Origin: Chrysomallon squamiferum
Taxonomy: Eukaryota; Animalia; Mollusca
NCBI GenBank assembly: GCA_012295275.1
Contig: CM022675.1
Coordinates: 4,464,001 to 4,528,000 of the forward strand
DNA length: 64,000 nt
Reading direction: 5' to 3'
A model generated the notes under the pieces. The model had not been told where the DNA came from, did no database searches, and worked only from the letters and a program-made list of their open reading frames with translations. Positions 18,026 through 39,200 of this stretch are shown here, piece by piece. The position numbers and the translations under genes are program-made. Numbering within the stretch: position 1 is the stretch's first letter; every line of letters starts with the position of its first letter.

Positions 18026-19265
18026 TATTTCTTTTTGTTTTCTTCTCTTTATTTGTATTTACGAAAATTCTTAAGCGAAATTATAAAACCGAGCTTGCTG
18101 AAACCAACAAGGAAGTAGATACTAATAGAAAGGAAAGACAAAATGTCACGAGACTGGGTAATTATAAGTGATTCGTTTTACTAATCTAAGTTGTATGAAT
18201 TTATTACACTAAGTCACTTTATTAATACTGTTTGTATGTATTTATGTGACGCCGTCTTTTTACATACATATATACATGCATAGATACATATACATACATA
18301 CAAACATTTACTCATTCATACATACATACAACCATACTACATACATAATCCATACACACAGAAATACATACATAGATAGATACACACAGACATACATAGA
18401 TACGTACATAATGCACACACTCATAATTGACAGATTCAAACATACAAAATTACATGCATCTATGCACACATGCACCTAAAAGTACATACATGAATGCATA
18501 TACAAACAAATACATACATTATATGCACACACACCTAGACACATCAACATGCAAACACACAGAAATGTATATCCATACTCATTTTATTTTCACACGACAC
18601 CTATTTCCAATTTATTTCACCCATTCCATTAGTTTTATATACTCATATATTCTCAGTTAATTTTCATACCTACGTCCACCTTAGTTTCATGTACTCACCC
18701 ATTCCCTGCATACTTTTAGATGTAGACCTATTTTTAGCTTATTTTCTAATACACGTATTTGTAGCTTATTTCTACCCACTAGCATTCTCAGCCTATTTTC
18801 CTATACATAGGTATTCCCAGCCCGTTTCCATAAACAAATATATTTCTCGCTAATTTCCAGGATGACCACGTAACGTTAGAGAGAAGAGACAATATTAGAT
18901 TAAAGACCAGTAACAACTTCAGTTCTTGGCAATACTTATAAATGGGAAAAGTTTTCTATATTTCTGGTTCAAAAAGAAGTAGTAAGTTTCTTATTTCTAA
19001 AAAAACAAAAACAAAAAGATTTAATATTACGATTGTAAATTTAAAGCACTGGTGTATAGTTGGTTGTTTATAAAAATATCATTTTATACATACATACATA
19101 CAAGTACTGTATGTCTGTGTGTTTGTGTGTGCGTGTGCGTGTTCTTGTGCGTGTGTCTATGTGTTTGTGGTGATAGTCACAAAATTATGCAGTTTTCACA
19201 GTTGCCATTTTCAAGGCGCTTTCCGAAGACAGATTTTCTCAGAAAAATAGTTAACAGACGTTACA

Positions 19266-20398
19266 GCTAGGGTTATGTAAATTTTATTACCAGTTTTATG
19301 CTTCTGTGACCAATAATATGTCTGTAAAGATTGCAAGTAGCCTTAGAATGAAAATTAATGTTGCGGACTTGCGTAGAATTAGTTTTTGAAACTGAGCTAG
19401 GGTTAGGGTTAGGGTTAGGGTTAGAGTTAGGGTTAGGGATAGGCTTAGGGTTAGGGTTAGGGTTAGGGTTAGGGTTAGGGTTAGGGTTAGGGTTAGCCAT
19501 AGAACTAGGGTTTTCTAAATTTTATTACAAGTGAAATGCTTTACATCAGAAATAATATGTGTGTCACGATGACAAGTAGCCATAGTAAAAGAATTAATGC
19601 TGCAGACTTGTGTAGAATTAGTTTTAGAAGGTGAAGTAGGATTTTTGTTACGGTTAGGGTTAGGGTTAGCCATAGAACTAGGGTTACCTAAATTTTATTA
19701 ACAGTGTTATGCTTAAGTCACAAATAATATGTGTGTCGTGTTAAGAATAACCTTATTACAAGAATTAATGTTCCTAACTTGTGTTGGATTACTTTTAGAA
19801 ACTGAGTTAGGGTTAGGGTTAGAGTTAGGGTTAGCCTTGGAGATATGATGTTCTAAATTTTATTACAAGTTTTATGCCTATGTGACCAATAATGTGTCTG
19901 TAAAGATTGCAAGTAGCCTTAGAATGAAAATTAATGTTGCGGACTTGCGTAGAATTAGTTTCAGAAACTGAGGTAGGGTTACGGTTAGGGTTAGGTTAGG
20001 TTAGGGTTAGCCATACAACTCTGGTTACCTAAATTTTATTACAAGTGTTATGCTTATCTCAGAAATAAAATGTTTGTCGTGATAATTAGTAGCTTTTTTG
20101 TAAGAATTAATATTGCGGATTTGTGTAGGATTAGTTTTAGAAACGGAGCTAGGGTTAGGGTTAGGGTTAGGGTTAGCCTTGGAGCTAGGGTTATCTAAAT
20201 TTTATTGCAAGTGTGATGATTTTCTGGGATATAATATGAGTGTCACAATTACAGGTAGCCTTAGTATTAGAATTAATGTTGCTGGCTTGTGTAGGATTAG
20301 TTTTAGAAACTGAGCTAGGTTTAGGGTTATTTTTAGGGTTACGGTTAGGGTTAGCGTTAGAACAGGAGTTATCTAAATTGTATTGCTAGTATTATCAT
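19266..20398 (+). repeat. Composite satellite: (TTAGGG)n tracts alternating with a roughly 130-nt AT-rich spacer, about 6 units
   Basis: Repeated 'ttagcc..aga.ctaggg....ctaaattttattacaagt...aataatatg...aagtagcc.tag...aattaatgttgc.gacttg.gtag.attagttttagaa' between TTAGGG runs. Confidence 0.95.
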
Positions 20399-21160
20399 AA
20401 ATTTTTCATCGTGTTTTTCTAAAACTTTCGGGTGACAAAACCTTTTATACTGGACAAACAAAATGAAGCTAAAATATTTGTTTCGCTGAGATTGTTTATA
20501 TGAAGTCAAAATATATCGATATACTGGATGATCCATTTGAATAGCAGCGAGGTTTAATGTATCAGAATAAAGTTAGGTTACAAAACTGAAAATGCTAAAT
20601 GAATATGAAGGATTATTAAAACAAAATATTAAAATAATTACATAATAATGTACTTTTTCGTTTATAGTAAGGAGTTTATTTTTAAAAAATACTGTTAAAA
20701 CATGCTAATTTATGTTATTCATTAATGTTTTACCGTATGTTGAAACTCTAAGTTATATTGTATTATCTTTTTGTTGTTACACTATGCAGTTATTTCATTT
20801 TAATCACTATCATTATTGCTGTTTGTTTATGTCGTTTGTTTATTGTTGTTCTTGATGTTGTTATTGATATTATTATTGTTGTTGTCGTTCGTGTTGTTAC
20901 TGTTCTTATTGTCTATGTTGTTATTGTTTTCCTGTTATTATTAAATATGATACGAGCGTTTCCTGTTAAAAATCAAATAAATGTACGTTAGACACTATTT
21001 TTAGAAAAGTTCTGATTTTTCACCTGAAAATATAATCAGAATATACAAGAAATGATAATTCTAAAATCCTTGTTATTCACTAAGTATCACTTAAATACCG
21101 TTTAAAATTTTAAATTATGCCGCTTGCCTTATACATTATTTAAATAAATAATAAACTCAC

Positions 21161-21227
21161 TTAGTCTTTCTGCACCTGCTGTCTGATTGTAGATCGTTAA
21201 TATAATCACTGCTGTTACTAAATTCAT
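21161..21227 (-). pseudogene. Orphan leader exon H (MNLVTAVIILTIYNQTAGAERL) with its upstream region; possible alternative first exon for copy A
   Basis: 67-nt exon with intact ATG and gt donor; flanks about 20640-23050 match those of copy F (about 45080-47680); no exon 2 of its own. Confidence 0.75.
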
Positions 21228-21939
21228 TATTTCTTTTTGTTTTCTTCTTTTTACTATCATTTACGAAACTTCTTGTACAAGACGATATGAAAAGATGTTT
21301 TGTTAAACCAACAAGGAAGTAGATATTAACTGAAAGAGGAAAACAGGTCACGAGTGTGCTGAAGGTAAAACTTGTCAGCTGAAACGTTCAGCCCAGACAG
21401 CTGGCAGCCTCACAATAAAAGTTCATGAGTGAAAGGGTTCTTAGGTTACAGAATACACTGTTTGTCGTTTTGTGTTGGTATAATTATAAGTGATTCGTCG
21501 CTTTTACTAATGTAAGTTGTATGAATTACATAAATACATACAAACATACATTCAAATATAAGGCATATATACAAAAATACATAAATACATACATGCATGT
21601 AAGCATCCATAGAAGCATTCATACATACATACATAGATACATACAATCAAATGCATAACGTATATATACACAATATATAAATCCATACACAACTCCATGC
21701 ATGTATGCATATACAAATAAATACATACATATATGTATAAATACACACATCCAGACACACCCACGTACAAACACACAGAAATATAAATACATGCTCGATT
21801 TATTTTCATACAACATCTGTTCACAATTCATTTTCACATATTCAGAACTTAGTTTCATTAGACACATATATAATTTCAACTTCTTTCCAGAAACACAATT
21901 TTCATAACATATTTTCATATTTACGGCTATTCCAAGCTA

Positions 21940-22255
21940 ATTTTCATATAAACACCTATTTCCAGCTTATTCTTAGATATATATACCTATTTCCTGCTTA
22001 TTTTCACATAAACAGCTATTCCCATTTTATTTTTATAAACACTTATTCACAGCTTATTTTCATGTAGACGTATTCATATCTTATTTTCATGTAGACGTAT
22101 TCTCAGCTTATTTTCATGTAGACGTATTCTCAGCTTATTTTCATGTAAACGTATTCACAGCTTATTTTCATGTAAACGTATTCACAGATTAATTTCAAAT
22201 ACACGTGTATTTCCAGCCTCTTTTCATAGACATGTGTTTCCAGCTAATTTTCAGG
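21940..22255 (+). repeat. Degenerate 27-bp minisatellite (CAGCTTATTTTCATGTAGACGTATTCT) upstream of a leader exon
   Basis: Period 27 at 22054/22081/22108; shorter relics at about 18720-18860, 35860-36000 and 59350-59490. Confidence 0.85.
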
Positions 22256-23391
22256 CTGACCACGTAAGATTACAAAGAGAAGAGAGACAATATTAGATTA
22301 AAAACCAGTGTCTACTTCAGTTCTTTGCAAAGTTGATAAATACAAGAAATTTTGTATAAAACCCCACAAAACTCACAAAAAAACAACACCTTTTCAACTG
22401 CCATATTTGTTTAAAAACAATTAAGTTTGTAAATTTCAAGCACTTGTGTATTGTTGGTTGGTTACAAACATATCATTTTATCATTAATATACAATGATTG
22501 AAGATCTGTGCAATATAACTAATGGAAAGCAGTTGTTTTCTTACAGAATGATTTTGAAACATAAAAATCTGGGTGGGGTATTACCTGGGACAGAGATTAC
22601 ACAAGTAGTATATCTCAGTTTTATAACACTCAGTCATACAGAGAATGTTAATACTAATTAAACAAACAGCTGTAATTAATTTAGATCATCTTCAGAGTTG
22701 TCTACGTTCTATCTGTAATGTAGTTAATGTATTTTAAATATTCTTTTCGTGCAGGTAAATAAAAGCAATGTTTGTTTTCAGATAAATACTGTAAATTCAT
22801 TCGGTTTCAAATTCTGTTTGCCTGTTCTGTGATTTTCGTTTGAAGATTGTTTATAACAAAATATAGTCACTTGTGTTGTTTATGTTTAGTGATGGCAGTC
22901 ACACTCCATACTACAAAATTGCTTGCTTCACTTGGTTAAACTAGAAACTTTGAAGTCTGCCAGCTAGTAATGAGATAACAAGTTTTGTCACATTTTTGTA
23001 CTCACCACCTTTTAGTACTACATTTGTGATAAGTAATATATTGCAACATCTCGCTATAAAAAAGAAAAGAAAAAAGAAGAAGAAGAAAATGTTTTAGTCT
23101 AAAGTGAAGCCGAATGAACTGGAAAACACGAGTAAACATGTTCAGCGCGATTTGTCCATCTGCGCAATCTTAACACTGAGCTGCGCATTATTAGATCACG
23201 TGACTGAGCAACAATCTGCGCATTTTACCGATTCTGCGCTATTTTGTGATGCGTACTTGGCACGTACCATTAATGTACTAGACCGAACTATGGGACCAGC
23301 TGTAAACATCAGTTCAAAAGCGTGTAGACTAGTGTCATATAATAATAATAATATATATATATATATATGTTTTAAATTCGCTTTCTCAATT

Positions 23392-24316
23392 TACATGGGA
23401 ACGTCGGTTTCGAACTTAATTCGTTCCAGAAGTCGGTTGTTAAACCGAATTGTACGGAAACCGAAGAGATGTCAGACACACGAATGTCACTCTCATGTTT
23501 TGCAGTTATTTATTTCTTAACCTGTACTTGATACGTTCATATTTTACACCAGCATTGTCGCTTTCACTTTTTGTTTACTTGGGCGCCGCACTGGATAGGG
23601 TATAATAAAAGATATAAAATAAGCAGCAACACTTTAAAAAATGTGAGCACGCAATCTGAATGCAAAAGCTATTGAACTGCACCTGCGTATCGAAGACTAA
23701 AGGCTATAATTCATTTGAATACAGGTTGACATTAAAAAATCTGGCTACTGAAAATCTGGTTTCGTCAGATTTCTGGCATGGATTTTGGAGCATTTTCTAA
23801 TTTACTGTGTTGGCGCGCCACTGTAAATGGAGGCGCCATTTATGTTTTCATGGAGCTGTACTCCAGTATCAGCTGTTGAGTCTTGCTTGCACCTGCTAAC
23901 AGACATTCCTGCTCATTCCTTCTCATTTTATCATTTATTTTCTGCTGTATACAGGTGGTAATTTTCTGTTAAATATATACAGCACACACAGCCATAAAAA
24001 ATGCGGCATTTTTGAAAATCCGGCACTCCTCAGGTCCGGAGGTTGCCGGATTTTCGAATGTCAGCCTGTGTATATATTTGCTATAGGGCATTGCCTATAA
24101 TCCTTACTTTGACCTCGATTTTGACGTAAGCATCTATTCTTATCTTTTCTAGATGATGACGTCAAAACCGACGTCAAAAGAAAGCTTGTCGTGGCGCGTC
24201 GTTGTAGTTCGTAACTCGGGACGTTATTCGTAAACCGAGACAAACCTTGCTCCAGATCACGTTTCGTAATCAGATTTGTTCGAGCTTCGAGGGTTCGTAA
24301 CCGAGGTTCCACTGTA
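23392..24316. mobile_element. Tigger/pogo-type non-autonomous DNA transposon (MITE)
   Basis: Right end ttcgtaaccgaggttccactg-ta; degenerate left end ta-catgggaacgtcggtttcgaacttaattcgttcc; CAGTGGAACCTCGG-type TIRs with TA flanks. Confidence 0.7.
23722..24068. mobile_element. Second Tc1/pogo-type MITE nested inside the first
   Basis: TIRs caggttgacatt ... aatgtcagcctg with internal tccgg/ccgga sub-repeats; preceded by TA. Confidence 0.65.
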
Positions 24317-24639
24317 TTTAGTTATATCCTGTAACATTTTCTGTGAATCTCCTTGATTTTAAACATAAAACGTGTTTGTATTTAATTTATAGGCTACATT
24401 TTTTGTGTTATTTTAATTACGTCAGAATCACGTGGGTGTGTGTCAGAAATAAAATTAAAATTTACCAGTTCAATTTGTCCCTGTATATTTTATTTAATAA
24501 TTATATGCTATCACTAGTGAAAACAGAGAAGAATACAGTTATAAAACAGAAACTGTTGTGTAATAGGTTACAGTATACAAATACAGGGAAAAAAATATTA
24601 GACGTAAGGATAATAATAATATAAGCATATATTTACAAA

Positions 24640-24812
24640 TTAAATTACATATTCATCAAGATTCCTTAAAGGTTTTATATTTTCTGAGGACAAATGATTG
24701 ATTATGTTAAAAGTAGATAATCTTGCATACAAATATTTCTTTAAATGTGATGCTCTACTATCATTATAAAACAAACATTTTGATACAAAATGGAATTCAT
24801 CTTCAAAGCCTC
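24640..24812 (-). mobile_element. 3' fragment of a non-LTR retrotransposon ORF2 (CR1/L2-like C-terminus)
   Basis: EDEFHFVSKCLFYNDSRASHLKKYLYARLSTFNIINHLSSEN..LRNL matches the typical 'EDEFHF..C..Y.DLR..YI.KYY..PS.FK...L' LINE terminus. Confidence 0.75.
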
Positions 24813-24854
24813 CACTGTCTCTCTCTCTCACACACACACACATACACACACATA

Positions 24855-24893
<39 letters not shown>

Positions 24894-24929
24894 ACACATG
24901 CACACACATATACACACACACACACAACA

Positions 24930-25012
24930 AACCCGCAATGAGTCCACTACGGAGGTTCGATCCTATGTGTCAAGTATCCTATTCAAACGCTCTACCGATC
25001 GAGCTTAATCTC
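24930..25012 (-). mobile_element. tRNA-derived SINE head (degenerate)
   Basis: Minus strand: aagctcgatcggtagagcg (A-box/D-arm like) ... ggatcgaacctcc (B-box like) ... gtggactcatt; no intact cloverleaf. Confidence 0.6.
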
Positions 25013-25028
25013 AGTTCATATTGCTGTG

Positions 25029-26526
<1,498 letters not shown>

Positions 26527-26540
26527 ATATTAAATAAATC

Positions 26541-26665
26541 TATTGGCGTCACACATTAAGGTTAAGGATCACGGAGATAATAATAAGAAACCCGCTGAAT
26601 GGTCTACTCTTACCAAATAAAAACCAGGAAGGGATCTTTTACATACATTTTCCCAACCAGTTAGA
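26541..26665 (+). mobile_element. Degenerate interspersed-repeat (SINE-like) fragment next to the (AAAT)n tract
   Basis: ggcgtcacacat..ggttaaggatcac.gagata..gaaacccgctg..ctactctt..aagggatctttt resembles a high-copy gastropod repeat as I recall it; needs a library search. Confidence 0.35.
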
Positions 26666-27161
26666 CATGTCTACGTCCCGGGACTTTTTTATTCTACGTC
26701 CCGGTACTGAACAAAACAGATTTGTCGACTTCCCCAGTGAAGCATGCAACTGAGCTCTAAGGACGAGTGTGAGTGCAAAGTGATTTGACTTGAGAAAACC
26801 GCGCAGTTTTAAGATAGCGCAGATCGGCAAATACCGGAGAATACTCCCACACGAATTACATAATACAGTTGTTACCCACGTGACCTCATCTGTCCCCATC
26901 TCTTACTGCAACATATTTTATCTTTCTTGTTCTTTATTTTTTCGTCTCATTGTTATACATATCATTAACACATTGTCACTGTTATTATTATTATCTTTCT
27001 TTCATTTCCTTTTTTGTCAATTAAATTTAGAAATAAATATATATGAACTCTGAAAAATATGTGACTGATAATACTGGTTTGACAAGACAGTCACTGTGTT
27101 AGTTGAAGTTTGTTGTTTGTTGTAATCAGTTAAAAAAGCAAAGCTGTGATAAACGTGTGTT

Positions 27162-27270
<109 letters not shown>

Positions 27271-27935
27271 TGATGTCAGAGAAATAGTTACACAGTTATC
27301 ATTTTTTTTTATGTTTAATTTCTTTTGGTGACGTTTGCACACTGTTGCTGTTTTGAGGAAATCTGTAACTTCAAAGACTCGTTTTGAAACGAGATTGTCT
27401 CACTAAAATTCATAACAGACTTTACACAAACTTGTCATCAAGTGTTTCTACTGCTTTCGGGTGACAAAACCTTTTATACTGGACAAAGAAATGAAACTAA
27501 GATATTTAATTTGTGTTGTGTCGAGGCTGTTTCTATGAAGAAAACTCGTAGACAAAACCTCGTGAACGTAACAAGTAGTGTATGAACGATGTTAGTGATA
27601 CACGTTCTGAGAAACATAACAAAATGGCCGCTATCCTAAAGTACTTTTACCATTAAACGATTTTCTTCACACTACAAAGTAACATTCGTTCAATAAACAC
27701 AAAGATAAGACGTCAGATTTTCCATTTATCCATTTTTTATTCAAATAGCACTTTAAACAGAGAATAAATCAATCATTCGAAAGTCAAAATATATCGATTT
27801 ACCTGATGATCCATTTGAATAGTAGCGAGGTTTACTGTATGACAATAAAGTTAGATTAATACTAAAAAGTTATTATAAAACAGACTACCAGTACGAAACG
27901 GAAAACACAGCCATATAAACAAAAAGAAAATAATA

Positions 27936-28003
<68 letters not shown>

Positions 28004-28479
28004 CAAAACAAAAAAGTAACTGTTAACGTGGATTTTAGAAAACACTTCCTTCAAGCGACAAATTTTGCATCAGTGCAGATTAATACTAAAAATGTTAGTT
28101 ATAAGAACAGATTTCACATAACTCAGGAATAAGGAGAAAAGTAAATCGCACTGACAAAAAGAACATTTAGATATTGGGATAAAGTACAAATACAACATAT
28201 AACGGTGAAAAGAATAATACAAATAAAGCAAACAATAAAAACACTATGAGACACTATTAACATCGGGTTTAAAATAAATAAATAAACAAAAACAACCAAA
28301 AAACAAGCTGTTAGAAAACACAGAACTAGGGTTTATGATGATAATAATAATAATAATAATAATAATAAAATGATAATATAGTATGAAACACTGCTAAAAA
28401 AAATAAAACAACAACAACAACAACAACAAATATTTAAAAAAAAAGAGAAAATAATAAAAGAAACTCTGGTCTGAGACCC

Positions 28480-29059
28480 TGTTACCATAGGTTTAAAAAA
28501 ACACTTCCTAGTAGAAACAAATTTTGCATCAAAATATCGATCGAGTTACTAGTGAGATTCTTTTCAATACAAATTTTCCAGAACAAAATAAACAGATCAG
28601 CTGCTTTTAGAAACGTTGTCGTTGTTGTCGGAATCGTCGTGGACGTCATCAAATATTTCGGATTTCCTAGGGGAATTAGTTTGTTAGACGAGGCTGGCTG
28701 TCTAAGACTCTGATGTTGACGTCGATGTATCAAGCGATGGTAGTTTCACCGTCCAGGTTGGTTAAGATGGCTGGCTATAAGGTTCATGATGTTGTTGTCG
28801 ATGTTGGAGGGTTTCTGTCCATGGTGTCGTAGTCTTCATAATAGGTGGATGTCTTTAGTTGTCTTTTCTTTGCTTGTGCTGTCGTAGCCGCTGTCTTTGT
28901 CGAAACCAAGCTGGCTGTAGACATGAGACGTAGTTGTTACCTTTTCTTATCGTAGCTGTCATAGTCACCGTTGTCGTCCCCAGCAAGGTTGATGTAGATG
29001 TTAGATGTACGAGTTGTTGTATTTGTTGTGTCTATGTTGTTGTAGTCTTCGTCAATGCT
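28480..29059 (-). pseudogene. Indel-riddled duplicate of the receptor tail/3' region abutting the gap
   Basis: Colinear with about 29320-29910 (..SHVYSQLGFDKDS.YDSTSKEKT..) but with many 1-nt indels; ends at the N run. Confidence 0.6.
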
Positions 29060-29259
29060 NNNNNNNNNNNNNNNNNNNNNNNNNNNNNNNNNNNNNNNNN
29101 NNNNNNNNNNNNNNNNNNNNNNNNNNNNNNNNNNNNNNNNNNNNNNNNNNNNNNNNNNNNNNNNNNNNNNNNNNNNNNNNNNNNNNNNNNNNNNNNNNNN
29201 NNNNNNNNNNNNNNNNNNNNNNNNNNNNNNNNNNNNNNNNNNNNNNNNNNNNNNNNNNN
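29060..29259. other. Scaffold gap (200 N)
   Basis: Fixed-length N run. Confidence 1.
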
Positions 29260-29709
29260 TACAATAACAAAAATAAAATAAAAATAATAAATCATAAAAG
29301 AAACTCTGGTCTGAGACCCTGTTAACATAGGTTTAAAAAAACTTCCTAGCAGAAACAAATTTTGCATCAAAATATCGATCGAGTTACTAGTGAGATTCTT
29401 TTCAATAGAAATTTTCCAGAACAAAATAAACAGATCAGCTGCTTTTAGAAACGTTGTTGTTGTTGTCGGAATCGTCGTGGACGTTATCAAATATTTCAGA
29501 TTTCCTAGTGGGAATGTGACTGTTAGTCGAGGCAGTATGTCTGCACAGACTGGGGACTGGTACAGCTGACGTAGCAGTATCAAGCGATGTCGTAGTTTGA
29601 CCGTGAGATTGGTTAAGATGGCTGGCTAAGGTTCTGATGTTGTTGTTGATGTTGCAGGGTTTCTGTTTATGGTGCTGTAATCTTCATATAATTGAGGTGG
29701 ATGTAGGCG

Positions 29710-35271
<5,562 letters not shown>

Positions 35272-36132
35272 TATTTCTTTTTGTTTTCTTCTCCTTATTT
35301 TTATTTACGAAACTTCTGACGCAAGATTATAAAAGCAACCAGGAAGTAGATACTAACAGAAAGGAAAGACAAAATGTCACGAGACTGGGTAATTATAAGT
35401 GATTCGTTTTACTAATCTAAGTTGTATGAATTGATTACACTAAGTTTCTTTATTAATACTGTTTGTATGTATTTATATGACTCCATCTTTTTACATACAT
35501 AGATACATATACACATACATACATAAATATATTTACTCATTCATACATACATACATACGTACATAATGGACACACACATAACTGACACATTCAAACATAC
35601 ATAATTACATGCATCTGTGCACACATGCACGTAAAAGTACATACATGAATGCATATACAAACAAATACACACGTATACACATCCTCATACAAATACACAG
35701 TAATGTATATCCATACTCATTTTATTTTGACACGACACCTATTTCCAATTTATTTCACCCATTCCATTAGTTTTATATACTCATATATTCTCAGTTAATA
35801 TTCATACCTACGTCCACCTTAGTTTCATGTACTCACCCATTCCCTGCATATTTTTACATATACACCTATTTTTAGCTTATTTTCTTATACATGTATTTCC
35901 AGCTTATTTCTACCCACTGGCATTCTCAGCCTATTTTCCAATACATATGTATTCAGAGCCCGTTCCCATAAACAAATATATTTCCAGCTAATTTGTAGGA
36001 TGACCACGTAACGTTAGAGAGAAGGGACACTATTAGATTAAAGACCAGTAACAGCTTCAGTTCTTGGCAATACTTATAAATGGGAAAAGTTTTCTATATT
36101 TCTGGTTGAGAAGACGTAGTAAGTTTCTTATT

Positions 36133-36169
<37 letters not shown>

Positions 36170-36280
36170 AATATGCAGTTTTTAGTGTTTAATTTTTTGG
36201 GTGCAGTTTTAACACAGTTGCCATTTTCAAGGCGCTTTCTGAAGCCAGATTTTCTCAGGAAAATAGTTAACAGACTTTAT

Positions 36281-39200
36281 AGCTAGGGTTACGTACATTT
36301 TATTGCAAGTTTTATGCTTATGTGACCAATAATATCAGTCTGAAGATAGCAAGGAGCCTTACAATGAAAATTAATGTTCCTGACTTCCGTAGGTTTAGTA
36401 CTAGATACTTAGCTAGGGTCAGCGTTAGGATTAGGATTAGGGTTAGCCTTAGAGCTAGCGTTATCTAAATTTTATTACAAGTGTTATGCTTCTCAGAGAA
36501 GTAATATGTGTGTCGTGATAAGAATTAGCCTTAGTACAAGAATTAATGTTGTTGACTTGTGTAGGATTACTTTTAGAAACTGCGCTAGGGTTAGGGTTAG
36601 CGTCAGGGTTAGGGTTAGCGTTAGGGTTAGGGTTAGGGTTAGGGTTAGGGTTAGGGTTAGGGTTAGGGTGAGGGTTAGCCTTAGAGCTAGCGTTATCTAA
36701 ATTTTATTACAAGTGAAATATTCTACTACAGAAATAATATGTCTGTCACGATAACAAGTAGCCATAGTATAACAATTAATGTTGCGGACTTGTGTAGGAT
36801 AAGTTCTAGAAATTGAGCTAGGGGTAGGGTTAGGGTTAGCATAAGATCTAGGGTTTTCCAAGTTTTATTACAAATTTTATGCTTATGTGACGAATAAAAT
36901 ATGACTGTAAAGATTGCAAGTAGCCTTAGAATGAAAATTAATGTTGCGGACTTGCGTAGATTTTGATCTAGGTTTATGGTTAGGGTAAGGGTTTGGGTTA
37001 GCCAAAGAACGAGGGTTACCTAAATTTTATTACAAGTGTTATGGTTAAGAAAGAAATAATATGTGTGTTATGATAAGAATAAGCCTTAGTACAAGAATTA
37101 ATGTTGCTGACTTGTGTAGGATTACTTTCACAAACTGAGCTAGGGCTAGGGTTAGAGTTAGGGTTAGGGTTAGGGTTAGGGTTAGGGTTAGCCTTGGAGA
37201 TAGGATGTTCTAAATTTTATTACAAGTTTTATGCCTATGTGACCAACAATATGACTGTAAAGATTGCAGGTAGCCATAGAATCAAAATTAATGTTGCGGA
37301 CTTGCGTAGATTTAGTACTAGATGATCATCTAGGTTTATGATTGTGGTTAGAGTTAGGGTTAACTTTAGACCTAGTGATTTCTAAATTTTATTACAACTG
37401 AAATACTTTACATGAGAAATAATATGTCTGTCACGATAACAAGTAGCCATAGTAAAAGAATTAATTTTGAAGACCTGTGCAGAATTACTTTTAGAAGGTG
37501 AAGTAGGATTTTTGTTAGGGTCAGGGTTAGGGTTAGCCATAGAACTACGGTTACCTACATTTTATTACAAGTGCTATGCTTATCTCACAAATAATATGTT
37601 TCTCGTGATAAGAATTAGCGTTAGTACAAGAATTAATGTTGCTGACTTGTGTAGGATTACTTTTAGAAACTGACCTAGGGTTAGGGTTAGCGTTAGGGTT
37701 AGGGTTAGGGTTAGGGTTAGGGTTAGGGTTAGGGTTAGCCATGGAGATAGGATTTTCTAAATTGTATTACAAGTTTTATGCTTATGTGACCAATAATATG
37801 ACTGTAAAGATTGCAAGTAGCCTTAGAAAGGAAATTAATGTTGCGGAGTTGCGTAGATTTAGTTTTAGAAACTGAGCTAGGGTTAGGGTTAGGGTTAGAG
37901 TTAGGGTTAGGGTTAGCCATAGACCTAGTGTTTCCTAAATTTTATTACAAGTGAAATACTTTACTTCAGAAATAATAAGAGTGTCACGATAACAAGTAGC
38001 CATAGTATAACAATTAATGTTGCAGACTTCTGTAGAATTAGTTTTAGAAGGTGAGCTAGGGTTAGGGTTAGGGTTAGTGTTAGGGTTAGGGTTAGGGTTA
38101 GTTTTAGGGTTAGGGTTAGCCTTAGAACTAGGTTTACCTAAGTTTTATTACAAGTGTTAAGCTTATCTCACAAATAATATGTTTGTCGTGATAAGAAGAA
38201 GCCTTAGTTCAAGAATTAATGTTGCTGACTTGTGCAGGATTACTTTTAGAAACTGACCTAGGGTTAGGGTTAGCGTTAGGGTTAGAGTTAGGGTTAGGGT
38301 TAGGGTTAGCGTTGGAGATAGGATGTTCTAAATTTTATAACAAGTTTTAGGCCTATGTGACCAATAATATGATTGTAAAGTTGCGAAGAAGCTTGACAAT
38401 GAAAATTAATGTTGCGGACTTGCGTAGAATTAGTTTTAGAAACTGAGGTAGGGTTAGGGTTAGAGTTAGGGTTAGGGTTAGCCTTCGACCTAGTGTTTTC
38501 TAAATTTTATTCCAAGTTTTATGCCTGTATGACCAAAAACATGTCTGTAAAGATTGCAAGTAGCCTTAGAATGAAAATTAATGTTGTGGACGTGCGTAGA
38601 ATCAGCTTTAGAAACTGAGGTAGGGTTAGGGTTAGGGTTAGGGTTCGGGTTAGGGTTAACCGTAGAACTAGGGTTACCTAAGTTTTATTACAAGTGAAAT
38701 GCTTTACATTAGAAATAATATGTGTGTCACGATAACAAGTAGCCATAGCAAAAAAATTAATGTTGCAGACTTGTGTAGAATTAGTTTTAGAAGGTCAGGT
38801 AGGATTTTTGTTTGGGTTAGGGTTAGGATTAGTGTTAGGGTTAGGGTTAGCCATAGAACTAGGGTTACTTAAATTTTATTACAAATGTTATGGTTATCAA
38901 AGAAATAATATGTGTGTCGTGATAAGAATTAGCCTTAGTACAAGAATTATTGTTGCTGACTTGTGTAGGATTACTTTTAGAAACTGACCTAGGGTTAGGG
39001 TTAGGGTTAGGGTTACCCTTGGAGATAGGATGTTCTAAATTTTATTACAAGTGTTATTCTTATCTGACCAATGATATGACTGTAAAGCTTTCAAGTAGCC
39101 TTAGAATGAAAATTAATGTTGCACTTGCGTATAATTAGTTTTAGAAGCTGAGCTAGGGTTAGGGTTAGGGTTAGGGTTAGGGTTAGGGTTAGCCATAGAC

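Noticed and set aside
24930-25012. tRNA gene
   Set aside because: A/B-box remnants only, with no acceptor stem or anticodon arm; treated as a SINE head.
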